64,000 bases of DNA from Geosiphon pyriformis uo1 (lineage: Eukaryota > Fungi > Glomeromycota): NCBI GenBank assembly GCA_016748015.1, contig JAAOMT010000771.1:4443-68442 (forward strand), read 5' to 3'. The notes beneath the pieces were generated by a model, which saw only the letters and a program-made list of their open reading frames with translations, was not told the DNA's origin and ran no database searches. The translations under genes were made by a program, and so were the position numbers. This document shows, piece by piece, positions 37,866 through 52,255 of the stretch; within the stretch, counting starts at the first letter, position 1, and every line of letters begins with the position of its first letter.

Positions 37866-40800
37866 ATAACAAACAAATATACAGATTGAGAAATAATAAT
37901 CAAGAAAATTTCTGTCAATCTTTTAAAATCAACTATAGAATCAGTTTTTTTTAAATTTGACATAATTGTGTTTATTAAAATGCAGCTAATTGGTTTTTGA
38001 CAAAAAGTTCTAGTGAAATTTGAGTTGACTAAAATTACTAATTTGGTTACAGCCAAGTAGTTTGTTTTTATGAGAAAAAATTTTGTTTATATTACAAAAA
38101 CTGTTGATAATAAAAAAACATGGATATTTAGAAATTAATATTGAATTTTACTGTATACTTTGCCAATTGACATTATTGCTTATAATTTCTTTAATTTATT
38201 GGTTTTATATAATAAAAAAACTTGTTTTATTGGTTGTAATCAGATTTATATGTATGTAACAGATATGTTGTAATTTGTTTTACTGATAAAACATTCAAAA
38301 AAACTGTTATTAGTTCTATTCCAGTTTTCAAGAATGTAAATTTGCATTGGGCTAGTCTTTTTTTGGCTTGTTGTGTTCAATATAAACAATTCAGTTATGT
38401 TTTTAATACATGTTTAGTGAATAGAAATTTAAATAGTCACAATAAAAGGGTGGTTAATTTTTAAGATCAAATTTATCTGGTAAATATATATATAAAAAAG
38501 CAGATGCCAATTGTTTACTCAGTTTTTTTTAATAAAAAAACTTGGGCTTTAATTGCTAATGATTTTTTTTTATGTGGTTTTTCTGGTCTTTTTTGGTGTT
38601 AGTTTGTCTTTAAATGTTAAACTTTTTTTATTAATGTCTATAAAAGTAAATAATAAGTTTGCCATTCTTGAGTACAATTTTATTAGTCTTACAGAGCAAG
38701 TTAAAAAGCTGGCTAAAAAATTAGATATATTTAGACTAATGATTTTTCAGTTTAGCCCTAAATGTCAACTGTTAGTAACTTTTTTATTACAAATTAAGAA
38801 GTGAATATAATAATAAATAAGAGTTTAAATGTAGTCATTAGTAGTAAAACTGTTATGGAAGCAGTATTTTTAAATTTGTCAATAATTTTTAAGTTAGAAA
38901 ACAGTTTGCAAAGTCTTTTAAATACAGTTTTAGATTTTATGGCAAAAGTAAACAATATTGGTTTTAGTTTAAGTATTTTTTCTTCTTAATAACTGATTTT
39001 GTGTAAAAAATTGCTATGTGTAATATTAAAGGTATTAATGTTTCTGCTAAACAGACAAATATTTAGTAACATATTAATTTAGATAATATGATTTTTATTA
39101 TTACAAAAACTAAATTAATATCTAATATTAGATCTTAAATAATGAATAAGTTTAAAAAAGTACAGATTTTTATATTTGGTTTGAATAAAAGTTTTTTTGG
39201 CACTAAGGTAACTATAATTATAAACAATTTTTTAACTTGGTATGTTTTAAAAGTTAACACAATTTTAGACAGAATTGTTTTAATTTATTTTGGAGTTGTA
39301 TACTAGTGCTTTTTTTAAGATTAGATTTAAACAAACATTGAGGATTAATTTTTTTATTGTTATAGCAATTAATTCTAGCATTTTTGTGGTTTTAAGTAGA
39401 GATTTTAATAAAAATAAATCAAAAAAGAATACAAGTTTCAAGTTTTGTTTAAATCTGAGTTTGGTTAATGTATTCAATAGATATTTATTAGCCAAAGCTT
39501 TTATTTAAAGCAATTTTAAAGGTGTTAAAAAGATGTTAGATTTTGTGTTTGTAAATAAAAACCTAATATCTACTGTCATAAGCCATAAAGTTAATATTGT
39601 GTCAAAATTTTTTAATATAAATTACAAGACAGTCTTAGTTTTAATTGGTTTGAATAGTTTCTGAATATTTATTTTAAGAGTATTTATGAGCAAATTAATA
39701 AGAATTAATAGAAATTTAAGATAAAAAATGCAAGTAAAGCCAAATAAATATAATTTAAGAAGTATTTTTCTAATAAATTGTTGGTAGTTTTAGATGTATT
39801 CAAGAAAGCAGAGTTTTGTGGTAATTTAGATACAATATAAGAAATATTAAGAGAAACTATAGTACAATCTGCCAATGTAATGTTTTTTAAACATTGATAT
39901 AATAAATATGATTGTTCAAAAAACAAACAATTGTCAAAATTTTTCAAATTAGAGCTGTTTATTACTAAAATTATAAAAAAATAGAATTTTAAAGATCTGC
40001 TAGAATTTGATTGTTTTGTCAAAGTTTGACAATTATTAATAGTATTAAAGCATCTAAGATTGCCAATATAATTTTAAATAATATAAGATCAACAGATATT
40101 ATTAAACATTTGTCAATGATTAGAAAAAAGTATCAACAATTCAAGTATTATAAATTAAAAACATCTAAAAACACAGCTATTTAAAAAGCAATTAAATAAC
40201 ATATAGAAAATTTTTGTTCTGACAAAAAGCAAATGATAAAAAATATTTTAGAACAGTTTTTTTACAAAGTTGTTTTGAATCATCTAGTAGTTAAAAATGT
40301 ATTGATTATAAAGCTTGATAAAATGAAACTTAAAATTGATGAAATTATAAAAAAATGGATAAAAAAATAGTCAGTATCTTTAAAAATACCTGAACTTTGG
40401 TTTTATCAATATATATTTTTAAATTATATTAATTATAATGTTTTCTCTAATACAATAAAAGAGATTGATATAAAAGAACTAGTTTTGGTAATTGATAATT
40501 TACAAGATGACAAGACTATTGAATTGTTAGAATTTTTAAATAAACTGTAAAAACATTGTAGTAATAAAGTGTTAAAATGTCTTTTGAAGTTGTTAAACTT
40601 GTGTTTAACTTTAAGTATAATTCCAGTTTCTTGAAAAAAAAGCATAAGTTTTAATGATCCTCAAATTTTATAAATAAAATAGCATTTTAACAAATATTTA
40701 ATCTATTATATTAATCAAAACTGCTAAAAAAATTCTGTTAAAGATTTTTTCTAATTGGATATTTTCAATATGTAGCAAATTTAATGTTCTTTATGGCAAT

Positions 40801-41726
40801 AACTTTTTAGTATTAAAGAATATTTCAATTCAGTCTCTTATTTTTGCTATTGAATTAGTTGTCAAAGATACACTAAAAAAGAATAGAAAACTTTGATTGG
40901 TTTTATAAGATATGTATAAAGCTTATAATTTAGTAAATTGACATTATTTAAGAGCTAGCTTGTAGTACATCAAGATATGTAGTTAGTTTATTGAGTTTTT
41001 TGTCAACATATATGAGGATTAGATTAATAAAATAATAACTAATTTTAGATTTTCAAATAGTTACAAGGTACATAATAAGTTGGATTAAAGTGAAGTTTTT
41101 TCTTCTCTTCTTTGAAGAATTTTTTATGATCCACTTTTATGTAAAGTCAAGAAATTTAAGCATTTATATAGATACTGAATTGACATAAAGTTTGTAACTA
41201 GAACTGGCAGAATTAAGATTATTAAAAGAAAAACATCATTTTTTGCTGCTAGTGCTTTTGTTGATAATACAATTTAGGTTGAGAGTAGTTAAGCTTCTAT
41301 TTAATATATTTTGAATATTACTAGTGAATTTTTTGACATCAATAACATCTTAATTAATAATAAAAAGACAATGGCTATTCCTATCAATCAAAGTATTAAG
41401 ATTATTTTATTAATGATCAATAGTTTGTCAATTTTAATTGCTAAAAAAGTGAATTACATAAGTATTTAAAAATTTTTTTAACTAAGAGTTTTTTTAAGCT
41501 TAGTTTGACTTAAATTTATGCCAATATTATGTTTTTTTTCTAATATAGTATTGAGAAAGACAATTACAGATAAACAATTTTCTTATTTAGTTTTAGCTGT
41601 TTTGCAACCTATAGTTAATTACCAATTACAGTTTAGTTTTGTTTTATCAAGTATGTATTGTAAGTAGAATATAATAATTAAAAGAAGTCTTAAAGCCAAA
41701 GCCAGTTTGCCACATAATTTTTTCAG
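37866..41726 (+). mobile_element. LINE copy 2, continuation (ORF1 end, APE, RT); truncated by element C
   Basis: Colinear with the - strand LINE (KIAMCNIKGIN, FYDPLLCKVKK, AFVDNTI, KASLPHNF). Confidence 0.88.
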
Positions 41727-44700
41727 TATTATTCATAAAAAAAGAATACAAAAAAAATAGTAAAAAAAATGAATAAGAAAAATAGACCAATAAAAGAATA
41801 ATAGTTAGCACATAAATACATTATCAGTAAATTAAGACATATTGCTTAGCAATATAAAACATTATCAGAGAATCATGGCATATTGCTTGAGAAATTATAA
41901 TACATTGCTTATGAATGTGCAAGATTTTATAGAACATCAATTATGTATATATAATGAGAATATTAGAAACAGAAAAGATAAAATTCAGTTCAAAACCAAT
42001 ATCTATAATTAATTAATTATCTTATATCACTCTTTTCAAAAAATAGTTTTTTACAATTTAAAGTAGAATCAAATCATATATTAATAAAATATTAATTATT
42101 ACTTGAATCTATATTATCATTGTTTAATTAAAAAATATTAATTATTTCCACTTTATTAATACTTTATGTTAATAAAGTTCAATACTTAATCATATTAAAA
42201 CAATAGCTCTTGATTATGGCTATTAACAGAATATTAATTTTTTATTTTTTTTTTATTTTATATTATTTTGTTTTTTTTTTTGTTTTTTCTGTTGTGTTGT
42301 TGACTAATTGATTAGAAAAATTAAAACACTGAGTTATTAATATTAAGAATAGTCTGATAAAAAATCTAGAAATAAGATTATAGAACTCAAAAATTAAGAA
42401 TAGCTTACCAAAAGGACACAACTGCCAAAATAAACTGGCCGCCATAATAAAAAAAAAAATTCAATAGAATAACAATTTTGGGAGACTACTGAAACAATCA
42501 TTGAATCTTTGTTTATTATACAAAAAACTCAACTAAAACCTTTAAATCATGAAAATTTTCAAATATTACCAATACTATTTAGCTATAGATTATTAAGTTA
42601 TGGACTTGTTATTTGTACTAATATTCTAAATAATTACTTGTAACATTTGGTGCTCTCTGTAAGTTATAATCCAACAGAAAATCAGCACCAATAACAATTA
42701 TTAAGAACAGTGACAGAATCAGAAAAAATAGGAACAAATCACTTAAAATTTATAAGAGCTTTATTTCAATATTATCAAACTTACTTAGGAATAACAAGTA
42801 ACTATTAGCCAGCAAAATCAACTTTCAATTTCTATGTTAATAAAAAGATTAAATCTTACTTAGGAGACCAAAAAAATTTGGAAGCAGCACTTATTAATTT
42901 CTATAGTGAATTACTTTAAAGCATTATGCTGCCATAAAATTATTTGTTTATTTCAATAATTACAGAAATCAACAGAAAAATTAAGAAGCATACTAGACAA
43001 AAATTTCTTATTATTTTTGCAAACAATGAAAAAAAAAATTACAAACATCAGCAGAAATACCAAGAAGAATATAACTATTTATATAGAAAAAATCAAGAAT
43101 AGTTTTACTTATTTACCTGTTATATCATTATACACCAGGAAGTATCATTAATATAACATCAGCAAGCACATTCACATTAATTATGAAACTACCATCAGCA
43201 AAAATAACATTTCAAAACAAACAAAAAAAAGCCAATTTATTGGGAACTTATACTAATTTCTTTAAAAAATTTAAATTGTAATTATCAATACCATTAGAAT
43301 TTTGATTACTGCTACTTTAATCTAATTTTAGAGCCACTAGTTTTTGAGAAAAAACCAACTCCAAAGAAAAAAAAAACAAAAATCAAGAATTTAATTACCA
43401 AAATCTGATTTTAGAAAACCCAAAAATACAAACTCTGATTATTTAGGCTTAGCAAAACCAGAACAATCCAAACTCTGTTTTTATTGTTCTTCAAAACTTA
43501 CCTTCAATAATCATGATCAATCTATTACCAATTACACCAATTGCCAAATTGCAACAACAGTTACAATCACCACTTCAACAACAATTTTAACAAAAACAAT
43601 TACAACTACCACAGCTATTTGCACTAATAGTATATATACAATTGTAAAACTTAAGAAATTCACTAACAAAAAAGATAATGTACAAGTCTGACTTAATAAT
43701 ATAGAAAAAGCCATTACAGTCAATAGATAAAATAACACATAAGTATTATAGACAAACCCATACTTTTTTTAAGATACTGTCAACTTATAATATCAAAGCT
43801 TAATCCAGAAATCCTAAAATTTCAATATGTTTAAACTGGAATTTTTAAGATATTTTAGTAATAATAACAGCATTATTTGTCTAGCAAATATCTTCACAAT
43901 TATCAAACAAGAAAATACTAAAGTTATCACTACTTATTTAAAATGTTTTTACCAAAATTTGTAACAAATACAAGTCATTAACACAAATTACTTCACTGTG
44001 CCACAAATTTTGAACCAATTTATTTATAGTCTGTACAGTAGTATTTTACAATATGTATGCTTATTACATCCTCAAACACTTTAAGATACAGTTACACATG
44101 CCAAAAATTTTAAATTGGCTAAACTCAAAGCTAATTATATTCAAGTTATAAATTTTTTAATAAACAGATTATCTAACTTGAACTCCAAATTAAAACAGTT
44201 TAGTGATTTTATTAATTAAAAACTTGAAAGATACTTAGCTAACAATTAAGCAATTTATCAGCCTCTACAATATTGTAATAATTCAGAAAACACAAATTAT
44301 TTTCAAAATCAGCTGTCTTTTATTATTATTTAATCAATAATGGCAACAAAAAACACATAGTTGCTACTATTATAATAAACAAAAACATCTGCAAATTAAC
44401 TGTTATACATGGTTAAATAATTAACAATTGGGAAATCAATATCAAAATCCCAATTGCCAGTTTCAAACTTTGAATTATTAACCATATTAAAACCAATATC
44501 AGTCTCATTATTCACTAATAATGCAGCAAATATACTTACTTTTAGTATATTAAACTCCAGTACCCATAATATATCAGCCACAGTCCCAAATTATTTATTA
44601 ACTACAACAACTTTAAACACTACCACAAAACTCAGTTTAGATAATATCTAATAATTAAAGACCAAAAATCACCCAACAAAATTGAAAATTGACAATAGTA

Positions 44701-47700
44701 GTACACCAACCAATTTCCAGTTCATTAAACTAGCTATTAGAATTATGTTAGCAGAGTTTGGATAATAGATACACCCAAAATCCGAATTTCAGAACTATTT
44801 AAGTCTTTTGGTTACTCCAAAAAACACCCAATCAAATTCAACTACTTATTAACAACATTCTATTAGCAATTATTAATGAAAATAAATCACTCAAAGTCAT
44901 ATTTTTATTTAAAATAGAAGAATCAACAATGACACTTCTATTTAGTAAAGCTGTTTTTGACACCAAACTTATTACAGCAATGTACACAGATGCCAAAATT
45001 GATGGCCATTATATCAAGCTAATCCTTGATAGTAGTTTAGTAGACAGCATTATTACATAACAATTCATAGACTAATTAAATTAGATTAATCATACTGTTA
45101 ATACCAGAATTATCATCATTAATGGAGTAATAAAAATGTTCATTGATAAGATTGACAACTTTCTGTTTGAAGTCAATAATATTATGGCACTTATTAAAGT
45201 TTTCATTATGAAAGCTATTCAATACCAAGCTCTTATTAGAAATAACTGGCTATTCAAACCCAATGTAGTGTTTGATTAGAATACCCAGAAATTACAACTA
45301 AGCCAAAATGGCCAGAACATTCGAGTATCAGCCATTTGTAATTATTTTAAGACTACTATTAACAAGCAATAACTAATTGAGTTTGAAAAAGAAAAGAAAA
45401 AACCTACTTGAGAAACATATTAAATATTATAGGCCAAAAATAACTACAACAAACTGTCATTCATCTTAGACTAGGAAAAAAAGGCAAAAAAAAGGCAAAA
45501 AAAAAACCTGAAGCAGCTATTTCCACTTATATTCTATATACTACTTCTTATGCAAACTTCTATTATCATTAACTAAAGCTAGTTTACATTAATTGTGGTA
45601 AAAAATTATTATTAATAAGCATATACTGTAGTGATAACAAGAAATAACTCATAGCAACTAAATATTACTGTTGTTTATATGTTTTTGAATGTTTTAAATA
45701 ACCCAAAAGACAAGGAAAATAGAACAATAAACAATGTTTTACTTGTGAAAAAACTCTTCTAGATAAAGAAATATGAAATAACATTCTTGGTTGTGAAAAA
45801 ACATATAATGAATTGTGTTAGTACACAATTCTAATTAATAATTAAGTAAAAAAAGGAATGCCAATAAATGCTACCTATAAAATATTTAAACAGTTATTTA
45901 CACAATAATAATAAAATCTGGCAAATGGCAATTGCCAAAATTAAAAGTGCATTTTTAGAAGAAATAAAAACAATTAAAAACAACTTATTAGAATCTAAAA
46001 AAACTATTTAAATTCCAAACCCTAATATTATTCTCAACATTATAGATCCAAATCAATTCTACAAACACTACCAAAAATTGACATTCACTAAAAAAAAATA
46101 AGAGCAATACTTAAAACAGCTTAATATCTAACTATATAATCATTATTTAATTCTGTGTGATTTCTAATATTGTAATAATTGTAATATTATTTACTATCTA
46201 TTATCATGCATAATCTATTCAATTTTTGAAGAAAAAAACCAATCAGTAAGTACACATCGGAATCAGAATTGAATTCAATTATAATTTAGACTTTAACAAT
46301 AACAATAACAACAGTTTTAACTCTGTTTACTATGACAATAACAATATTTATTCAAACTCTAATTACAACTCCAAACAATATATTACATCTCTAAATTTAT
46401 CAATAAAGCAGAAACTAAAATGGTTCAGCAATAATAATAAAAGTATTATTCCAGAATGCATGCATAATACTAATACAGAGTTTGATCTTAGATATTTAAG
46501 AAAAATTGCCATCAGATTAGAACTACATTTACACATTAGTATAGATTTAAAAATAGCACTGGAAATTCTGACAATAACAATGATTTAATTAGCATCTAGA
46601 TCTAGTTTAGTAAAAAAAGAATTAATATTAAAAGAAAAATAATTAATGCAAAATATGTAAAAAATATTATTACAATACTACAAAATGATTCAGAAAAAGA
46701 ATATACTATTCAATCAAATAAAAAAATAACACAGACAATATTTCTGCCTCTGATTAAAATAGCTCAATTAGTTTTAATGAGAACAAAAAAAATTAGAAAT
46801 TACAGCCAGAAAAAAAAAATTACAGCTAGAAAAAAAAATAGATTTGAATTAATAAATAAAATAAACATACCAGTTAATATGGCAGAAAAGAAATTAATTG
46901 ACAAGAAAAAAATTATCTTCACCAATCAATCAGTTTTTATTCCACTATATGATTAGTATATATTAGTAATAGAAAGAAAAGTAAAAGACCAACATCAGAT
47001 TTTTAAAGTAAAATCAACTATTTGTAAGTCAAAAAGGATTGAAATTACCAATTTCTATATACTGGCCAAGAATCATAAACACATTAAAATTTTTATCTAC
47101 AACATAATTAGAGATATCATCGAAATACCAAGTGGAAACACTATTAGATACTTAAGCACTAAAGTTGAAAACCAACTACCAAACACTATTCCAGATTTTT
47201 TACAACTGTGTGAATATGTGAATATCATATTACAAACAATATATGAACAAAAAAAATGTTATTTGCTCCAATCAGAACAATTAAAACAAATAAATTTGAG
47301 AAATTTAGACCTATTATAACAAATGCAACTAAAAATGCTACTTAATAATTTTACTAATATTTTTGCCAGTGAAAATAAATTTGGCAGAATTAATATTATC
47401 TAGTATTAAATTAAGACAGAAAATACTATGTTAATCAAACAATAAGCATATTGAGTACTACTAGCAAGCCATAAAATAATTTAATAGAAAATAAATAGAA
47501 TGCTGAATAATGAATTAATTCAACCATCAATAAGTCTATATTTATTACCAGTAGTACTAATCTGTAAAAAAATAGAAAGATTTGCTTTTGTGTAGATTAC
47601 AAAAAGCTCAACAGTATTACTTATGAAGACAGCTATCTAATTCCACAGATTCAGAAACTATTTAATATATTTGAAAGAAAAAAATGATTTTTAACAGTAA

Positions 47701-50700
47701 ATTTAGACAGTGGTTATTGACAAGTAATTATAAAACCAGAAAATAAGGAGAAGACTGTATTTACAACCAGAAAAATTTTGAGTTTAATATTATGCCTTTT
47801 AAACTGACCAATGTACCAACTACTTTTTAATAGCTTATAAAAATTGTTTACATTAGACTACTATGGAAATCAGTAATTATATATTTAGATAACACTAATG
47901 TATTTTTAAAAACATTCAATAATCATCTGTATTATTTTCAGCAAATGTTTGAGAGATTAAAAAAAGCTGAATTGAAATTGAATACAACCAAATGCTTTTT
48001 TGGTAAAACAAAACTGAAATTTTTGGAACATATTGTAAGCAAAAATAACATCATGACAAATTCAGACAAGATTGAAATAGTCAAGAATTTTTCAATACCA
48101 ACCAACTTGATAAAACTGAAAGCATTTTTGGAATTTGCTAAATACTACTGTCATTTTATTCAGAACTTTTCTAAATTAATTCAATCACTTTATTAGTTTT
48201 AAGTCAAAAATGTTAAATATAAATGGACAAAAATCTAACAAAAAGCTTTTAATATCTTAAAAAAAATACTTATTTAAATTCTAGTATTAATTTATTTAGA
48301 TCATAGCAAATTATTTATCATTACTTTCAATATATTTGGTTAAGCATTGAGAGCTGTACTATTTCAGAAAAGACTGGATAGACAAAAACTTTCAGTAGCA
48401 TATGTCACTTAAAGCTTAAGTCCAGCAGAAAAAAACTATAGAATACCAACACTAAAATATTTAGCTATTTACTAAACAGTTATTAAATAAAAAGAATACT
48501 TGAGCCAAAAGTTTAGCATGTATGCAGATCACAAAAAATTAATGTCAATTCAGAAACAAAAATTTGAAAATAATTACTATATAAGATAGAAAATGAAACT
48601 TTCACCATTTAAGTATATAGTACATTATAAAAAGAAAAAAAAAAATAAAAATGCCAATAGTTTGTTATGAATAAAACAAATTTAAAAACATTTTAACCCA
48701 AAAAGATAAATACACAAAAATATTAACAACTCTAATACTATATAAATACTCAGTAGTTCAAAAATAAATTATCTCAAAAAGAATAACACAACATAAAACA
48801 ACAATCAAAATATTTTATTACTTCCCAAAATATATTATATTAAAAAAACAGAAAAGATCCAAATTAACTACTCAAAATAATCATAGAATCAGAAAGAGAA
48901 ACAAAACTGTTCAACATGTATTCAGACCAAATAGCAGGATATTTTTATAAAGAAACAATTATAAAAAAACCAAAAAAAAATACTACTAGTTATCAATGTA
49001 TCCAAATATTATATAATATGTTCAAAATTGTAATACTTGTCAAAGAAAAAGAAAAACAAGACTCAACAAACCATTAAGACCAATAAAAATAAGACAATTA
49101 TTTAATCAACTCAGAATTGACTTAGTTAAACTATTAACTATAATTAGCAAAGGCAACAGATATATTACAGTAGTCAAAAATTTTCTTATTAAATGGCCAG
49201 AAGTAAAAGCAATTCAAAAAGCAGATACAGAATCTATATCCAAATTTATTCATTAAGATTTGATTTGTTAACACAAATGTTTAAAAGAATTGTTATCAGA
49301 TTAAAGAACTTATTTTGTGAACAAAACATTAACAAAATTAAGTAAAATATTTGGAATTAAAAGACTATTAACATCATTATATTATCTGTAAACCAATAAC
49401 TTAGTCAAAAGATTCAATAAAACATTGTGTGAAACAATAGCTAAGATTAGCCAAAAAAACCAAGATGAATAGAATTTGTTTATACTATCAATATTATTTG
49501 CTTATTAAACAATAAAGCAAGATATTACACAAACAACATCATTTAAACTAGTATATAATAGAACAGCAATATTACTAGTTGAAATAGAAGTCAATACATA
49601 TCCAACTAAACTAATAACAGAAGCCAGTTTCCAAGAAACATTACTGAAAAGAACATATAATTTAATAAAAACTCTAAAAAATAAATGGTGAAAAGCAGCT
49701 GACAACATCCAAAAATCACAAGAAAAACAAAAAAAATAATATAATAACTAGTTACTAAATAAACCAGTTGAATTTAAAATTGAAAATAAAGTATTTTTAT
49801 ATTGTACTAAAGCAAAAAAACAATGGAGTAGAAAATTTGATCTCAAATAAGATAAACTATTTTACATTGAAAAAATTCTAGGAAATAAAACTTATAAATT
49901 GAGATAGGACAACAAAATATTAAATAAAGCAGCACATAAAAATTAATTGAAGTCATACTATAATTTAGTATTATCATTTACTAGTAATATTTCACAACTA
50001 AAAGTACAACAAATACTAATCCAATCTGATAAAATTTTACGAAATTTAAAACTAATTATAATCATTAAAACAAACACATTAAATTGATTAACCAAAATAA
50101 TATATAAAAATACAATATACATAACAAAAAATGATATAAAATAAAAAAATGAAAATTTTAGATCATATTTACATATTGGTCCAGCAATTATTTTAAGCCA
50201 TAAACCAACAACAATTAAATATAGAAATCATTATTAATTATTAAAAAATATGCTATTAAAACACTAAAAGAGAAAAAAAAACAAAAAATACACTATATTA
50301 ATGACTACCAAACTCAATAAAACATTAGTTAGATAAAATAATAAAAAAATAAAAAATACTTTTGGAAAAATATTCATAATTGTTTTAACAGAAAAGCTAA
50401 TAAAAAAAAATTGAAAACAATGAACAGAACAACTTTTAATATCATATTGTTACTATTAATTAGGACAAAAGCTGAATATTTAAGAATTATATATCAACAA
50501 GTTCAACAGAATATTTAATTAAAAAATAATACAACAAATTGAAAACTTTATCAGAAAAAAAACAAATTTAATACTACACATTAAAACAATCTATTAACTA
50601 TATGCCATATTTCAAAATTATCTAAAAATACTACTACACCCAAAAATGAAAACAATACTATTAACCAGTAAGGAAAAATAAACAACTCACAAATAAAAAA

Positions 50701-51762
50701 CATAAAAACCAGAGTTGAACAAACAGTGTTAAAAAGAAAAATAATAGAATTAATTGAAGATTTTGATAAAGCTTAATATTAAAAAAAAAAATATTATTAT
50801 TTATAGAAAAAAAAATACAAGAAAAATAGTAAGAAAATGGATAGAAAAAATAGACTAATAAAAGAATAATATTTAGCATATAAGCACATTATCAGTAAAT
50901 TAGGACATATTGCTTAGCAATGCAAAACATTGTCAGAAAATTATAGCACATTGCTCAACAATGAACATATTGTTAAAAATTACAGACATATTGCTTAGTA
51001 ATGTAAGCATTATTCAAAAAATTATAGTATATTGTTCATGAATACACAAAATCTCATAAACATCAATTATGTATATATAGTAAGAATTTTAGAAACAAAA
51101 AAAACAGAATCCAATTCAAAATTAATATTTATAATCAATTAATTATCTCATATCCCTTCTTTCAAAAGGTAGTTTTTTACAACTTGAAGCAAAATCAAAT
51201 TACATTTTAATAAAATATCTATTACTACTTGAATTTATATTATCATTGCTTAATTAAAGAATATTAATTATTTTTACTCTATTAACATTTATGTTAATAA
51301 AATTTAACACTTAACCATACTGAAACAAAAGTTCTTAATTATAACTATTGATGAAATACTAATTCTTATTTTTTTTTTGTATTTTTTTTATTTTTTTTTA
51401 TTTTCTTTGTTTTTTGTTGTTTACTAATTGATTAAAAAAGATTAAGCATTGAGTAGTTGACATTAAGAATAGTCTAATAAAAGATCCAAAAATAAGAATA
51501 TAGAATTCAGAAATTTAAGAATAGCTTGCCAAAAGAACACAACTACTAAAATAAACTGGCTATCATGCTAAAAAAAAATTTGATAGAATAATCATTTTGA
51601 GAAACTACTGAACAATTATTGAATTTTTGTTCATTATACAAAAAACTCAACCAAAACTTTCAGACCAAAAAAACCTTCAGATATTACCAACACAATTAGC
51701 TATTGAACACTAAGTTATAGATTTGTTATTTGTATTAACAACCCAAATAATTATCTATAATA
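41727..51762 (+). mobile_element. Ty3/Gypsy element C (degenerate, same architecture as B)
   Basis: LTRs 41727-42645 and 50795-51762; PBS tttggtgctctctgt. Remnants of gag, protease (LILDSS at about 45020), dUTPase (about 46410-46870), RT (about 47500-48200) and integrase (about 48706-50085). Confidence 0.9.
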
Positions 51763-52045
51763 CCACTTATCAATATTTTGCAACTCAATATTTGAATAAC
51801 TATTAATCATTAAAAATGTGCAAATTCAATATTTAAATATAATTACTACTTATCAATAATTCAATTCAATATTTGATAACCACCACTCACCAAAAATACG
51901 TGAATTTAATATTTAAATAATTATTATTCACTAATAATTCACAACTCAACATTTAAATAACTATTATCTACCAATAATTTGTATCTCAACATTCGAATTA
52001 CTACACTCACCAATAATTTGCAATTCAACATTCAAATAGCTAATA
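51763..52045. repeat. Degenerate tandem repeat, unit about 40 bp, about 7 units
   Basis: Recurring ccactcaccaataatttgcaactcaacattcgaataacta-like unit. Confidence 0.75.
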
Positions 52046-52135
52046 AATATGAAATATAAATTTATCATCCAATAACTGAATTAAATTTTAGAATTAAGTA
52101 GTAAAAAATTGATAATTTTTAGCTTGTTATTTATG

Positions 52136-52255
52136 TTTTGCAAGAATAAAGAGTAGAAAAAGAGTAGTTTAAGATTTTTTACAAGAGTGAAAAACAGAAA
52201 AGAATAGTTTTAGTTTAAGATTTCTTACAAAAGTAAAGAATGGAAAAAAATAGCC
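52136..52255. repeat. Second degenerate tandem repeat (about 3 units of 40-45 bp)
   Basis: Recurring tttacaagagtaaagagtagaaaagagtagtttaagat-like unit. Confidence 0.55.

Noticed and set aside
51763-52045. CRISPR-like periodicity
   Set aside because: The units are contiguous degenerate tandem copies with no unique spacers; the context is eukaryotic and no cas genes are present.
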